Assembly: GCA_963741945.1 (NCBI GenBank)
Contig: CAVUKA010000001.1
Span: 1,216,001-1,280,000 of the forward strand
Length of the DNA: 64,000 nt
DNA from: an uncultured Gemmatimonadales bacterium
Lineage (GTDB): Bacteria > Gemmatimonadota > Gemmatimonadetes > Longimicrobiales > RSA9
Reading direction: 5' to 3'
Below the pieces are notes generated by a model, which worked only from the letters and a program-made list of their open reading frames with translations, had not been told where the DNA came from and did not search any database. The position numbers and the translations under genes are program-made. Each line of letters opens with the position of its first letter. The stretch's first letter is position 1. Positions 1-8,885 of the stretch are shown one piece after another.

Positions 1-1165
1 CGCCCCGGAGTCGCCACGGCACGGCGTTCTGCACGGCCACGAGGTAGGGCGTGGAGACCAGGCCGAGGCCCACGCCGGTCACCAGCATCGCGCCCATGAG
101 CAGCCCGCGGGAAGCGCCCGGGGGGGCGAACGCGAGGATGGCCGTCCCTGCGAACGTCGCCATTGCGCCCAGCACGCCCAGCGGCCGATACCCAACGCGC
201 AGGAGCAGCCAGCCCGCGGCGGTGCTGGCGATCGGCCAGCCGATGGACATGGGGGCCAGTGTCATGCCGGCGTCCACCGCCGTCCCGCCGAGCACCCCCT
301 GGGTGAACATGGGGACGAACGCGGTGGCGCAGAACAGAACGGTCCCCAGCACCACGTTTCCGGCGCTCGACACGGAGATCACGCGGTTCCGGAACAGGTG
401 GAGTGGGAGCATCGGCTCGGCGGCGCGGCGCTCCTGGGCGAGGAAGAGGCCCGCACCGACGAGGGAGAGGCCCAGAAGGCCGAGGGTGCGCCAGTCGTTC
501 CAGCCGAACATCTCCGTCCCTTCCAGGAGCGTCAGGAGAAGCACGGCCACGGAGACGGTGAGCAGCACGGTCCCGAGGATGTCCAGCCGGTGCTCCCGCC
601 TGGCCTGCCGCTCCCGCAGGTACAGCTGGAGCAGCACCACGGACGCCACGCCGAACGGGACGTTCAGGTAGAACACCCAGCGCCAGCTGAGCAGGTCCGT
701 CACCAGCCCGCCCACGGCCGGGCCGACGAGACTGGAAACGCCCCACACGCCGGAAAACAGCCCCTGGATCTTTCCCCGCTCCTCGAGCGGGTAGATGTCG
801 CCGATGAGGGTGGTGGCCACGGGCATTACCCCGCCGGCGCCCAGGCCCTGGATGGCCCGGAACGCGATCAGCTGGTTGAAGCTGCCGGCCAGTCCCGAGA
901 GCATCGAGCCGGCCATGAACAGCAGCGCACTGAGGATGTAGACGCGCCGACGGCCGTAGAGGTCGGCCAGCTTGCTGAACAGCGGGACCACCGTGGTGGA
1001 CGTCAGGAGGTACGCCGAGAATACCCACGAATACCGTGCGACACCGCCCAGCTCGGCCACGGCCGTCGGCATGGCCGTGCCCACGGCGGTGGCTTCCAGC
1101 GCGGCCAGGAACATCCCGAGGATGAGGGCCGCCGTTACGATTCTACGGTCGCGTCCCGGTTTCAT
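1..1165 (-). CDS. MFS drug:H+ antiporter (DHA2/EmrB-QacA-like), 3' end outside window
   Basis: Not in the ORF track because it has no stop in the window. Manual translation from ATG 1165 gives MKPGRDRRIVTAALILGMFLAALEATAVGTAMPT...YSWVFSAYLL...KLADLYGRRR...FRAIQGLGAGG...WRWVFYLNVPFG, matching DHA2 motifs. Confidence 0.9.
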   Translation of the reverse strand, partial: MKPGRDRRIVTAALILGMFLAALEATAVGTAMPTAVAELGGVARYSWVFSAYLLTSTTVVPLFSKLADLYGRRRVYILSALLFMAGSMLSGLAGSFNQLIAFRAIQGLGAGGVMPVATTLIGDIYPLEERGKIQGLFSGVWGVSSLVGPAVGGLVTDLLSWRWVFYLNVPFGVASVVLLQLYLRERQARREHRLDILGTVLLTVSVAVLLLTLLEGTEMFGWNDWRTLGLLGLSLVGAGLFLAQERRAAEPMLPLHLFRNRVISVSSAGNVVLGTVLFCATAFVPMFTQGVLGGTAVDAGMTLAPMSIGWPIASTAAGWLLLRVGYRPLGVLGAMATFAGTAILAFAPPGASRGLLMGAMLVTGVGLGLVSTPYLVAVQNAVPWRLRG

Positions 1166-1273
1166 GCGGGGGGAAGGATCGCCCGTGCGGGGCGGCCGGT
1201 CAACGGGTGCCGTGACCTCCTTCGCGCCGCCAACTGGTGTCCACCGGCGCTGGCGCGCCGGCGGGCGGCGCGA

Positions 1274-2140
1274 TCAGCCTGCCGCTCGGTCCGACGGCGC
1301 TGCTGGAGGCGGTGGTGCGGCTGGCCGGGCGACCACCGATCGGACCGCGGCCGCGTGCGGACGACGATTGACTCCCGCAGGGAGCGAACGCTGGATCCAT
1401 GCCTTCTGGCGGCGCCGCATCACTTCCGCCGCCACGGCCGTCGGGGTCCCCGGGGCGATGGGGGTGTAGAGGTCCCGCCGCCGCGTGAGGTCCCGCACCA
1501 CCGCGTCCGTCAGCGATGGCCGCTCACGACCGCGCTCCGCCAGGTACGCGGCGATATCCAGCGACTCCAGCCGCAGCGACATGGGCCGGAAGAATCGGGG
1601 CCGCGACGCGCCCGGCGGGAATACGTGGTGCAGCCCGCCGCTGTACGCCAGGATCATCCGCCCCGTGCCGAGCGCCTGCAGCACCTCCACCACGCCGGGC
1701 TTCACCGTCATCGGCGCCCCCGTTTTGTCCTTCCCGTTCGGCCGCATCATTCGGCCCTCGGGAAAGATCGCCAGCATGGAATGCGGGTCGTCGATCTCAT
1801 CCAGAACCCGGGCCCAGCTCCGGTCACGGCGGCGCGTGATCGGGACCGCGTTCGGAACCAGGAGCCGGAAGATCCGACCTTCGATCGGGCGGTCCATGGT
1901 CTCCCGGGCGACGGGCAGCACCGCGTGCTTCGACATCTTCCGCAGCACGCGGTTCGGCACCACGGCCACGTAGATCCCTTCGGCCAGGCTCGTGTGGTGA
2001 AGGACGGCGATCAGGCGGATGTCGTCCCACGGGTCCGCCGGGACGTCCCCCACCCACTCGGTATGGATGCGATACAGCGCGCGGCTCGCGTGCTTGACCG
2101 CGAGCAGTGCGGCGTAGCTGAATATGGAAGCCGTGTTCAT
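1274..2140 (-). CDS. PlsC-family (lysophospholipid) acyltransferase
   Basis: Motif I HHTSLAE and motif III IFPEGR; start taken at MNTASIF (ATG 2140). Confidence 0.75.
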   Translation of the reverse strand: MNTASIFSYAALLAVKHASRALYRIHTEWVGDVPADPWDDIRLIAVLHHTSLAEGIYVAVVPNRVLRKMSKHAVLPVARETMDRPIEGRIFRLLVPNAVPITRRRDRSWARVLDEIDDPHSMLAIFPEGRMMRPNGKDKTGAPMTVKPGVVEVLQALGTGRMILAYSGGLHHVFPPGASRPRFFRPMSLRLESLDIAAYLAERGRERPSLTDAVVRDLTRRRDLYTPIAPGTPTAVAAEVMRRRQKAWIQRSLPAGVNRRPHAAAVRSVVARPAAPPPPAAPSDRAAG

Positions 2141-2336
2141 GCGCGCATGCCCCTCTTGGGATGCATCCCTTGAGAGCAGTGCAAGACCCCGGCCGCGCTC
2201 GGGACCGGAGCCCGCTGCCGCCAAACGGGCGGCGCGGAACTACATACTGTAGCGAACGGACGCCCACGCGGCCAGCGCAGCTCGCCGGCGGACGCCCGTC
2301 ACAGGGGGAGAAACCTCTCGCGCTGTCCGTCCGGCG

Positions 2337-2594
2337 CTACGCCCCGGCGACCCACTCACCCGAGTCCGAGTCGACGCCCAGGGCCAGCTCGTTGTCCCGC
2401 TGCTCCCTGCGCACACGAACGCCGTCCACCGCGTCGGCCATGGCGTTCAGAAAATGCCGGACCTCCGCCGAATGGCGACAGCAATCAGGCACGCTCCGCT
2501 CGACGCAGTCCATGCACGAGCTACGCAGCGCGCGGCTGATGTTCTGCAGCTCCTCAATGGAGAGCCGCCCCGGATCCATGTGGATCTTGATCAT
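2337..2594 (-). CDS. Small Cys-containing hypothetical protein (85 aa)
   Basis: Strong RBS GGAAGGAGG before ATG 2594; GC3-rich codons; CxxC...CC cluster; lies just downstream of citF. Confidence 0.55.
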   Translation of the reverse strand: MIKIHMDPGRLSIEELQNISRALRSSCMDCVERSVPDCCRHSAEVRHFLNAMADAVDGVRVRREQRDNELALGVDSDSGEWVAGA

Positions 2595-2650
2595 GCTTCC
2601 TCCTTCCCCCGGGCGCCCCTGGGGGTGCCGGGTGCAGGGATGGGCCGTTC

Positions 2651-4264
2651 CTACTCGCGATTCGCCACCTGGAAGACCGTGTCCAGCACGGTCCCGTCCA
2701 CCCATTTCACGATGGCTACCGGCCGGTCGGTGACCCGCGGCGGCGCCGGCGCGCCGCCAATCATCCGGTCCACCTCGGCCTTGATCTCGGGCAGCGGCCG
2801 TATGGGAAGGCCGGAGCCGGCCGTGGCCCGGATCAGGTCCTCCCGCTTCGGGTTGATGGCGATGCCACGTTCCGTCACCACGACGTCGATGAGCTCGCCC
2901 GGGCCGGTGAGCGTGGTCACCCGATCCACCAGCACCGGAATGCGATCGCGGAACGCCGGCACGGCCAGGATGGTGCACCCGCTGAACAGGCAATTCTGCC
3001 AGCCACCGATCCCGTGGAGCAGCATGCCGTCCGAGTGGGTGACCACGTTGGCGTTGAAGTCCACGTCCACTTCTGTGGCGCCCAGCACCACGGCGTCCAC
3101 CATGGAGGCGAAGTTCCCCTTCCCATGGTAGTTGTAGGAGGTGAACGGCGATGTGGCGACGTGGCGCGCATCGCTCCCGATGGACTGCACGCCCGCCAGG
3201 TCGAACGTCTGGCCGTCCAGGATGTAGTCGGTGAGCCCCTCCCGCAGCAGGTCCACCAGGTACTTCGTCGAGCCGCCCCGGACGAACCGGGCCTTCACGC
3301 CCGCCTCCTTCATCAGCTCCTTCAGATAGCCCACGAAGGCCAGGGCGATTCCGCCCGCGCCCGCCTGGAAGCTGAAGCCGTCGCGCATGATCCCGGCTTC
3401 CTTGAGGAAGCGGGCCACGTACTCGGCAATGAGCAGCCGGTCCGGGCTCTTCGTGATCTCGGTGGTGCCGGACACGATCTTCGACGGGTCGCCCACGGAG
3501 TCCACCACCACGACGTGGTCGACGTTGTTGCCCTGGATCTGCCAGGGGATGCACGGGAACGGCACGACGTTGTCCGTCACCACGATGACGTGGTCGGCGT
3601 ACATGGAGTCGGCCAGGGCGAAGCCCAGGGAGCCGCACGCGGACGGCCCGTGCGAGCCATCCGCGTTGCCGAACGGGTCCGCCGTGGGGGCGGCGATCAC
3701 CGCGATGTCCACGTGGACTTCCCCGTCCTGGATGGCCTGCCAGCGGCCGCCGTGGGAACGGAGCACGCCCAGCCCCGCCATCCGGCCGCGCGACGTGTAG
3801 TCGCCCAGCGGCCCGTTCATGCTCCCCTCGATGTGGTGCACCACGCCCCGATCCATGAGATCCACCACCGGCGCCTGCACGGGGAACGACGCGCTCGGGA
3901 ACCAGCGCAGCCCGCTGACCCCGATTTCCGCCGCGGCCTGGAGCGCCGCGACCGCCACCCGGTCACCGTTCCGGAAGTGGTGGTGCGTGGAAATCGTCAT
4001 CCCATCCCGGAGTCCGCACGCTTCCAGCGCCGCGCGCAGGCTCGGAACGCGCTTGTCCCCGTTCGCCGGATAGTCGCTGGACGAGCGGATCGGCGGCCCG
4101 GCCTTGCGCCCCTCCGGTACGCGTGCACCCACGCCCGCGTACGCCACCTGCGACTCCCCGTTCACCACCAGCGGCACCCGCCGACCGGCCGCGTTCTCCA
4201 CCAGCTCCGCCCACGCCGGGCCCTCCAGCCAGGGCGCTGCCGGTACCTTCGTGATCACACTCAC
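2651..4264 (-). CDS. citF: Citrate lyase alpha subunit / citrate CoA-transferase-like
   Basis: GLRDGMTISTHHHFRNGD, RSHGGR, ACGSLGFA, FSFQAGAGG, LGATEVDVDFNANV, IDVVVTERGIAINP; GTG start overlaps the upstream TGA (GTGA). Confidence 0.9.
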   Translation of the reverse strand: MSVITKVPAAPWLEGPAWAELVENAAGRRVPLVVNGESQVAYAGVGARVPEGRKAGPPIRSSSDYPANGDKRVPSLRAALEACGLRDGMTISTHHHFRNGDRVAVAALQAAAEIGVSGLRWFPSASFPVQAPVVDLMDRGVVHHIEGSMNGPLGDYTSRGRMAGLGVLRSHGGRWQAIQDGEVHVDIAVIAAPTADPFGNADGSHGPSACGSLGFALADSMYADHVIVVTDNVVPFPCIPWQIQGNNVDHVVVVDSVGDPSKIVSGTTEITKSPDRLLIAEYVARFLKEAGIMRDGFSFQAGAGGIALAFVGYLKELMKEAGVKARFVRGGSTKYLVDLLREGLTDYILDGQTFDLAGVQSIGSDARHVATSPFTSYNYHGKGNFASMVDAVVLGATEVDVDFNANVVTHSDGMLLHGIGGWQNCLFSGCTILAVPAFRDRIPVLVDRVTTLTGPGELIDVVVTERGIAINPKREDLIRATAGSGLPIRPLPEIKAEVDRMIGGAPAPPRVTDRPVAIVKWVDGTVLDTVFQVANRE

Positions 4265-5613
4265 GTGCCACCCCCGTCCGAGCCGGTCGAGGCTGGCGAC
4301 GCCGTGACCCCGCCCGCGTCCACACCGCTCCCGTTCACCAGTCCCATCTCCCTCGCCCGCTCCACCAGCCGCCTCGCCCGCAGCACCACCGGCGGATCGA
4401 TCATCTTGCTGCCCAGGCTCACCACACCCAGCCCGCGCGCTTCCGCTGCCTCGAACGCCGCCACGATCTTCAGCGCTCTCTCCAGTTCCGCGGCCGTCGG
4501 CGCGAAGCCCGCGTGGATCACCCGGATCTGGCGCGGATGGACGCACCCCATCCCGATGAAGCCCATGGCGTGCGACGCCCGGGCCCACTCGAGCAGCCCC
4601 TCCACGTCCGCCACATCACCGTAGACCGAGTCGATGGCCTGCACGCCGGCCGCCCGCGCCGCGTTCGCCAGCCGCTCCCGCGCCCACAGCGTCTCGGCCC
4701 CCTGCTTCGTCTTGGCCACGCCCATGTCGGCGGTGTAGTCCTCCAGCCCGATGGTCAGCGCCGCTACCATTCCGGACGCGCGCGCAATGGCGAACGCGTT
4801 CTCGATCCCGAGCGCCGACTCCAGGATCGGCATGAGCCAGACCGGCCGCTCGTCGTGCGACGGCAGCGCCGCCGACATCCGGATGGCCGCGATCCGGTCG
4901 GCGACTTCCACCACCTGCGCCGCCTCCTCCACCTTGGGGATCAGCACCAGGTTCGGGAGCTCGGGCACGATGGCATCGAGGTCCTCCAGCCCCAGCGGCA
5001 GCTGGTTGATCCGCACCATCCGCTCGGCCGGGCCGAAGTCCACGCAGCGGAGGGCGTTCCGCACCAGAAGCCTCGCCGCCGCCTTCGCGTCCCGATGGAC
5101 GGAGTCCTCGAGGTCCAGGATCACGCCATCCGGACCGTGGAGCCCCGCGTTCAGCATGAACTTGGGCTCGTTCCCCGGCAGGTAGAGACGCGACCGGCGG
5201 AGCCGGTCCTTCGCCGTGCGACTGCCACGCGTGGCCGGGGCGGCGCCGTCGGCGCACGGGATCGCCGCCGCGGCGTCGTTCGCCACCAGCCCGGCTGCGC
5301 GGGCGGCGGCCTCGACGCGGGCCGCAATGACCCACGGCACCGCACCCTTGTCGTTCACCGACACGCGGGCGGCTGCCACGCCGAGCAGCGCAAGGGTGTC
5401 GAGGACCGTGGCGCGGATGGCGTCGCCGAAAAGCGACTCCACCCTCGACGTCAGTGACAGCTCGATCCCATCACCGCCCACCTCCACCGCGACGTGCAGG
5501 TCGGAGCGGACGTCATCGCCCGCTCGACCCGCCTCACCCCGGGGCGTGGCGGCCGCGACCGCCGTTGCGCCGCCTCCCTCTCCCGATGGTGTCGCGCCCG
5601 CCTGATCGCTCAT
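4261..5613 (-). CDS. citE: Fusion of CitD-like acyl-carrier (gamma) domain and CitE-like citryl-CoA lyase (beta) domain
   Basis: N-terminal SDLHV...IELSLTSRVESLFGDAIRATV...VNDKGA...AARVEAA is CitD-like. C-terminal RRSRLYLPGN, VILDLEDSV, VRIN, LIPKVE, ILESALG, GLEDY, GCVHPRQI, KMIDPP is HpcH/CitE-like. Confidence 0.85.
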   Translation of the reverse strand: MSDQAGATPSGEGGGATAVAAATPRGEAGRAGDDVRSDLHVAVEVGGDGIELSLTSRVESLFGDAIRATVLDTLALLGVAAARVSVNDKGAVPWVIAARVEAAARAAGLVANDAAAAIPCADGAAPATRGSRTAKDRLRRSRLYLPGNEPKFMLNAGLHGPDGVILDLEDSVHRDAKAAARLLVRNALRCVDFGPAERMVRINQLPLGLEDLDAIVPELPNLVLIPKVEEAAQVVEVADRIAAIRMSAALPSHDERPVWLMPILESALGIENAFAIARASGMVAALTIGLEDYTADMGVAKTKQGAETLWARERLANAARAAGVQAIDSVYGDVADVEGLLEWARASHAMGFIGMGCVHPRQIRVIHAGFAPTAAELERALKIVAAFEAAEARGLGVVSLGSKMIDPPVVLRARRLVERAREMGLVNGSGVDAGGVTASPASTGSDGGGT

Positions 5614-6824
5614 CCCGACCGCCCGCCCGCGGCCACGGGCGAGGCCAGCGCCGCGAGGATCGCGTCCGTCACTTCCGTGGTGCTGTCCGCGCCCTGCGCG
5701 ATGGCGTCCGGTCCGCCGGAGATCCGCATCATGTCATAGCTGCGCACTTTCCCATCCTGCACCACGGCCGCCACGGCGGTGCGCACCTGCTCGGCCTTGC
5801 CGGTCTCGCCCACGTGGTCCAGGAGCATCGCCGCGCTCAGGATCATGGCGATCGGGTTCACGATGGGCGGGTCGAGGCTCTCGTATTTCGGAGCCGAGCC
5901 GTGCGTGGGCTCGAAGACCGCTACCTCGTCCCCGATGTTCCCGGAGCAGGCGAAGCCGAGACCGCCGACCAGCCCGGCGAAACCGTCGCTCACGATGTCG
6001 CCGAACATGTTCCCGGCCACGATCACCCCGTAGTCCTCGGGGTTCTTCGTCAGCCACATCATCTGGGCATCGATGTTCGTGGACCAGAGTTGGATGTCGG
6101 GGAAGTCCTCGTGCGCCTTCTTCGCTTCCTCCTCCATCATGCCGCTGGTCTCGCGCAGCACGTTCGGCTTCTCGCACACCGTCACGCTCTCGTAGCCATG
6201 CTTCAGCGCATACTCGAACGCCGCCCTCGTGATGCGGGCGCACGCGCGGCGGGTGAAGATGCGAGTCGAGATCGCCAGGTCGTGCGAGGGCGTATCGGCG
6301 AAGCGGTCGAACTTCGGGTGCGTGCCCAGCGCATCCCGCACCGCCTTCGGCGGGTTCGTCCACTCCACGCCCGCGTACAGACCTTCCGTGTTCTGCCGGA
6401 AGATCACCGCGTCCACCACCGGCTCGTCCATGCCGCCATCCATGCCCCGCCGGACGAAGTTCAGCGGGTTGCCCGGGAACGACCGGCAGGGGCGGATGCA
6501 GAGGTCGAGGTCGAAGCGCTGACGCAGCCCCACGATCGGGCTGAAGTACACGTAGCCCTGGTCCTTCAGCTCTCGCTTCAGCTCCCGCGCCGCCGCCGTC
6601 TTCGGCTTCGACGTGATGGCGCCGAACAGGCCGAGCTTGTGCTCCGCCAGCAACTCCACCGTCCGCTCCGGCAGCGCGTTCCCCTCGTTGACCCAGAACT
6701 CCCATCCGATGTCCGCTTGGATGTATTCCGCGTCGAAACCCACCGCTTCCAGAACGCGCAGCGCTTCCGGCAGGACCACTTTGCCGATGCCGTCGCCCGG
6801 CATCGTCACGACCGTGTGCTTCAT
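5610..6824 (-). CDS. Beta-decarboxylating dehydrogenase (ICDH/IPMDH family), most like homoisocitrate dehydrogenase
   Basis: PGDGIGKVV, LFGAITS, YFSPIVGLRQRFDL, FRQNTEGLY, KPNVL, NMFGDIVSD, FEPTHGSAP, NPIAMILS. Confidence 0.85.
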   Translation of the reverse strand: MKHTVVTMPGDGIGKVVLPEALRVLEAVGFDAEYIQADIGWEFWVNEGNALPERTVELLAEHKLGLFGAITSKPKTAAARELKRELKDQGYVYFSPIVGLRQRFDLDLCIRPCRSFPGNPLNFVRRGMDGGMDEPVVDAVIFRQNTEGLYAGVEWTNPPKAVRDALGTHPKFDRFADTPSHDLAISTRIFTRRACARITRAAFEYALKHGYESVTVCEKPNVLRETSGMMEEEAKKAHEDFPDIQLWSTNIDAQMMWLTKNPEDYGVIVAGNMFGDIVSDGFAGLVGGLGFACSGNIGDEVAVFEPTHGSAPKYESLDPPIVNPIAMILSAAMLLDHVGETGKAEQVRTAVAAVVQDGKVRSYDMMRISGGPDAIAQGADSTTEVTDAILAALASPVAAGGRSG

Positions 6825-6852
6825 GCTCCTCCTATCGGCTCTCGAATCCCAC

Positions 6853-8802
6853 TCAAGCGTGAACGGTTATCCCCAGCGTCGCCCGTACCTTCGCCTCCGC
6901 CCCCCCGGCCACCACCAGGCTCTGCGGCACTCGCCCGAGCGCGGGAAAGCGGTACGTCTCTTCCCGCCACTCGATGGTGCCCCGGCGGAAATTCACCATG
7001 ATCTCCTCGCCCGGGATGATCGTGGGCTCACCCGCGGCCACCTGTGCCGCGAGCGCCTTCTCCACCGCGTGCACCAGCCCCGGGCATTCGACGCAGATGA
7101 ACCCGTTGTTGAACGCGTTCCGCTGGTACGTCTGCGACAGGCTCTCGGCGATCACCAGCGCGATCCCCTTGGCCTGCAGCGCCGTGGCCGCCTGCTCCCG
7201 GCTGGAGCCCGTGCCGAAGTTGCGCGTGCCCACCAGGATGTCGCCCGCGGCCGTGCGCCCCGCGAACTCGGGGTCGTAGTTGGCCATGACCACGGCCGCC
7301 ATCTCGGACGGCGAACGGTCCCGGTACGTGTGCTCCTTGCCGTAGATGCCGTCCGTATTCAGGTTCTCCTGCGGCACGAACACGAGCCGCCCCGTGACCT
7401 GCGCGGGGAAGCCGGGGAGGATCTCGACCGAGTCGTCGGCATCATCCAGGCGATCGAGGGCGCGGAAATCGTACGGCGGAACCCCGGCCGCCACGCGCCC
7501 GTCCTTGATGCGCCCGGCCAGCGCCGAGGCCGCCACCACGGCCGGACTGGCCAGGTAGACGCGCGCATCGCGGGAGCCCATGCGCCCCTTGAAGTTGCGG
7601 TTCGTCGCCGAGATCCCGACTTCCCCGTCCTGCAGCAGCCCCTCACCCAGCCCGATGCACGGGCCGCAGCCGGGCGGCAGCACTCTGGCGCCGGCATCCA
7701 GCAGCGCTCCCCACGCACCGCTCGCCTCCGCCTTCTCCTGGATCTCCCGGCTCGCCGCAGCCACGTAGAACGACACCCGGGGCGACACACGCTGCCCCCG
7801 GACCACCTCCGCGGCCGCTTCCAGGTCCTCCAGCCTGCCGTTCACACACGACAGGAGGTAGGCCCTGTCGATCTCGATCCCCTCCCCTTCCACCTCCCCC
7901 ACCGGGCGCCCCGTCTGCACCGTGTCGGGCCCGGTCAGGAACGGGCTCACCTTCCCCACGTCCACGATGATGCGGCCCACGTAGCGCGCATCCGAATCGG
8001 GCCGCGGCGGGGCAGCGCTCCAGGCGAAGAGCTGCGCGTCCGTGATCCTGTGGTGGTCGGCGGCCTCCAGCCTCGCCTTCCGCTCCTGCAGGAACTGGAT
8101 CGTGCGCGCGTCCACGGGGAACCACCCGGCCAGCGCGCCCCACTCCGTGGTCATGTTGGCGATGGTCATGCGGGCGGCCATGTCCAGCGAGGCCACGCCC
8201 GGCCCGGCGAACTCCACCACCCGGTTCAGCACTTCGCCGCTCGAGTAGAGCGAGCAGAGCGTGAGGATCACGTCCTTCCCGCTGACCCCCGGGCGCAGCT
8301 GTCCTTCCAGCACCACCTGGACGGTTCCCGGCACCTGCCACCAGAACTCGCCCGTGGCCCAGATCACCGCCGCATCCGTCCGCACGACGGGCGTGCCCAG
8401 GGCCCCGACAGCGCCATAGGTGTTGGCGTGCGAATCGGAGGCGACCACCAGCGTGCCCGGGAGCGCATACCCGCGCTCGATGATGATCTGGTGACCGATC
8501 CCCGTCCCCGCGGGGTGGAAATCCAGCCCGTGCTCCCGCGCGAACGTCCGGATCCGGGTGTACTTCTCGAGGTTCTCGGGCGAGCGGTTCTGGATCTCGT
8601 GGTCCAGCACGATCACCGGCTGCCGCGGGTCGTGGATGCGATCCACGCCGATGGCCCTGAACTTCGACATCACCGCCGCGGTGTTGTCGTGGGTCAATAT
8701 GTGCCGCGGCCGGAGGGACACCATGTCCCCCGGCCGGAGCGGTCGATCGGGCCCATCGACCATGTGGGCCCGTGCGATCTTCTCCACCATCGTCGCGCCC
8801 AT
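6853..8802 (-). CDS. lysF: Single-chain homoaconitase-like hydratase (large and swivel domains fused)
   Basis: THDNT, LDHEIQN, GIGHQ, SDSHANTYG, TPVVRTDAA.IWATG, SCVNGR and GCGPCIG (three Fe-S Cys), SATNRNFKGRMG, NTDGIY, NFGTGSSREQA; RBS GAGGAGG before ATG 8802. Confidence 0.85.
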   Translation of the reverse strand: MGATMVEKIARAHMVDGPDRPLRPGDMVSLRPRHILTHDNTAAVMSKFRAIGVDRIHDPRQPVIVLDHEIQNRSPENLEKYTRIRTFAREHGLDFHPAGTGIGHQIIIERGYALPGTLVVASDSHANTYGAVGALGTPVVRTDAAVIWATGEFWWQVPGTVQVVLEGQLRPGVSGKDVILTLCSLYSSGEVLNRVVEFAGPGVASLDMAARMTIANMTTEWGALAGWFPVDARTIQFLQERKARLEAADHHRITDAQLFAWSAAPPRPDSDARYVGRIIVDVGKVSPFLTGPDTVQTGRPVGEVEGEGIEIDRAYLLSCVNGRLEDLEAAAEVVRGQRVSPRVSFYVAAASREIQEKAEASGAWGALLDAGARVLPPGCGPCIGLGEGLLQDGEVGISATNRNFKGRMGSRDARVYLASPAVVAASALAGRIKDGRVAAGVPPYDFRALDRLDDADDSVEILPGFPAQVTGRLVFVPQENLNTDGIYGKEHTYRDRSPSEMAAVVMANYDPEFAGRTAAGDILVGTRNFGTGSSREQAATALQAKGIALVIAESLSQTYQRNAFNNGFICVECPGLVHAVEKALAAQVAAGEPTIIPGEEIMVNFRRGTIEWREETYRFPALGRVPQSLVVAGGAEAKVRATLGITVHA

Positions 8803-8885
8803 CGATCCTCCTCGCCTCGACCCCTTCTCCGCCTGGGTCGCGGCTTGCTGGGATTGCCGAGCGGGCCCGCGCGGCCCGCCGGCGC

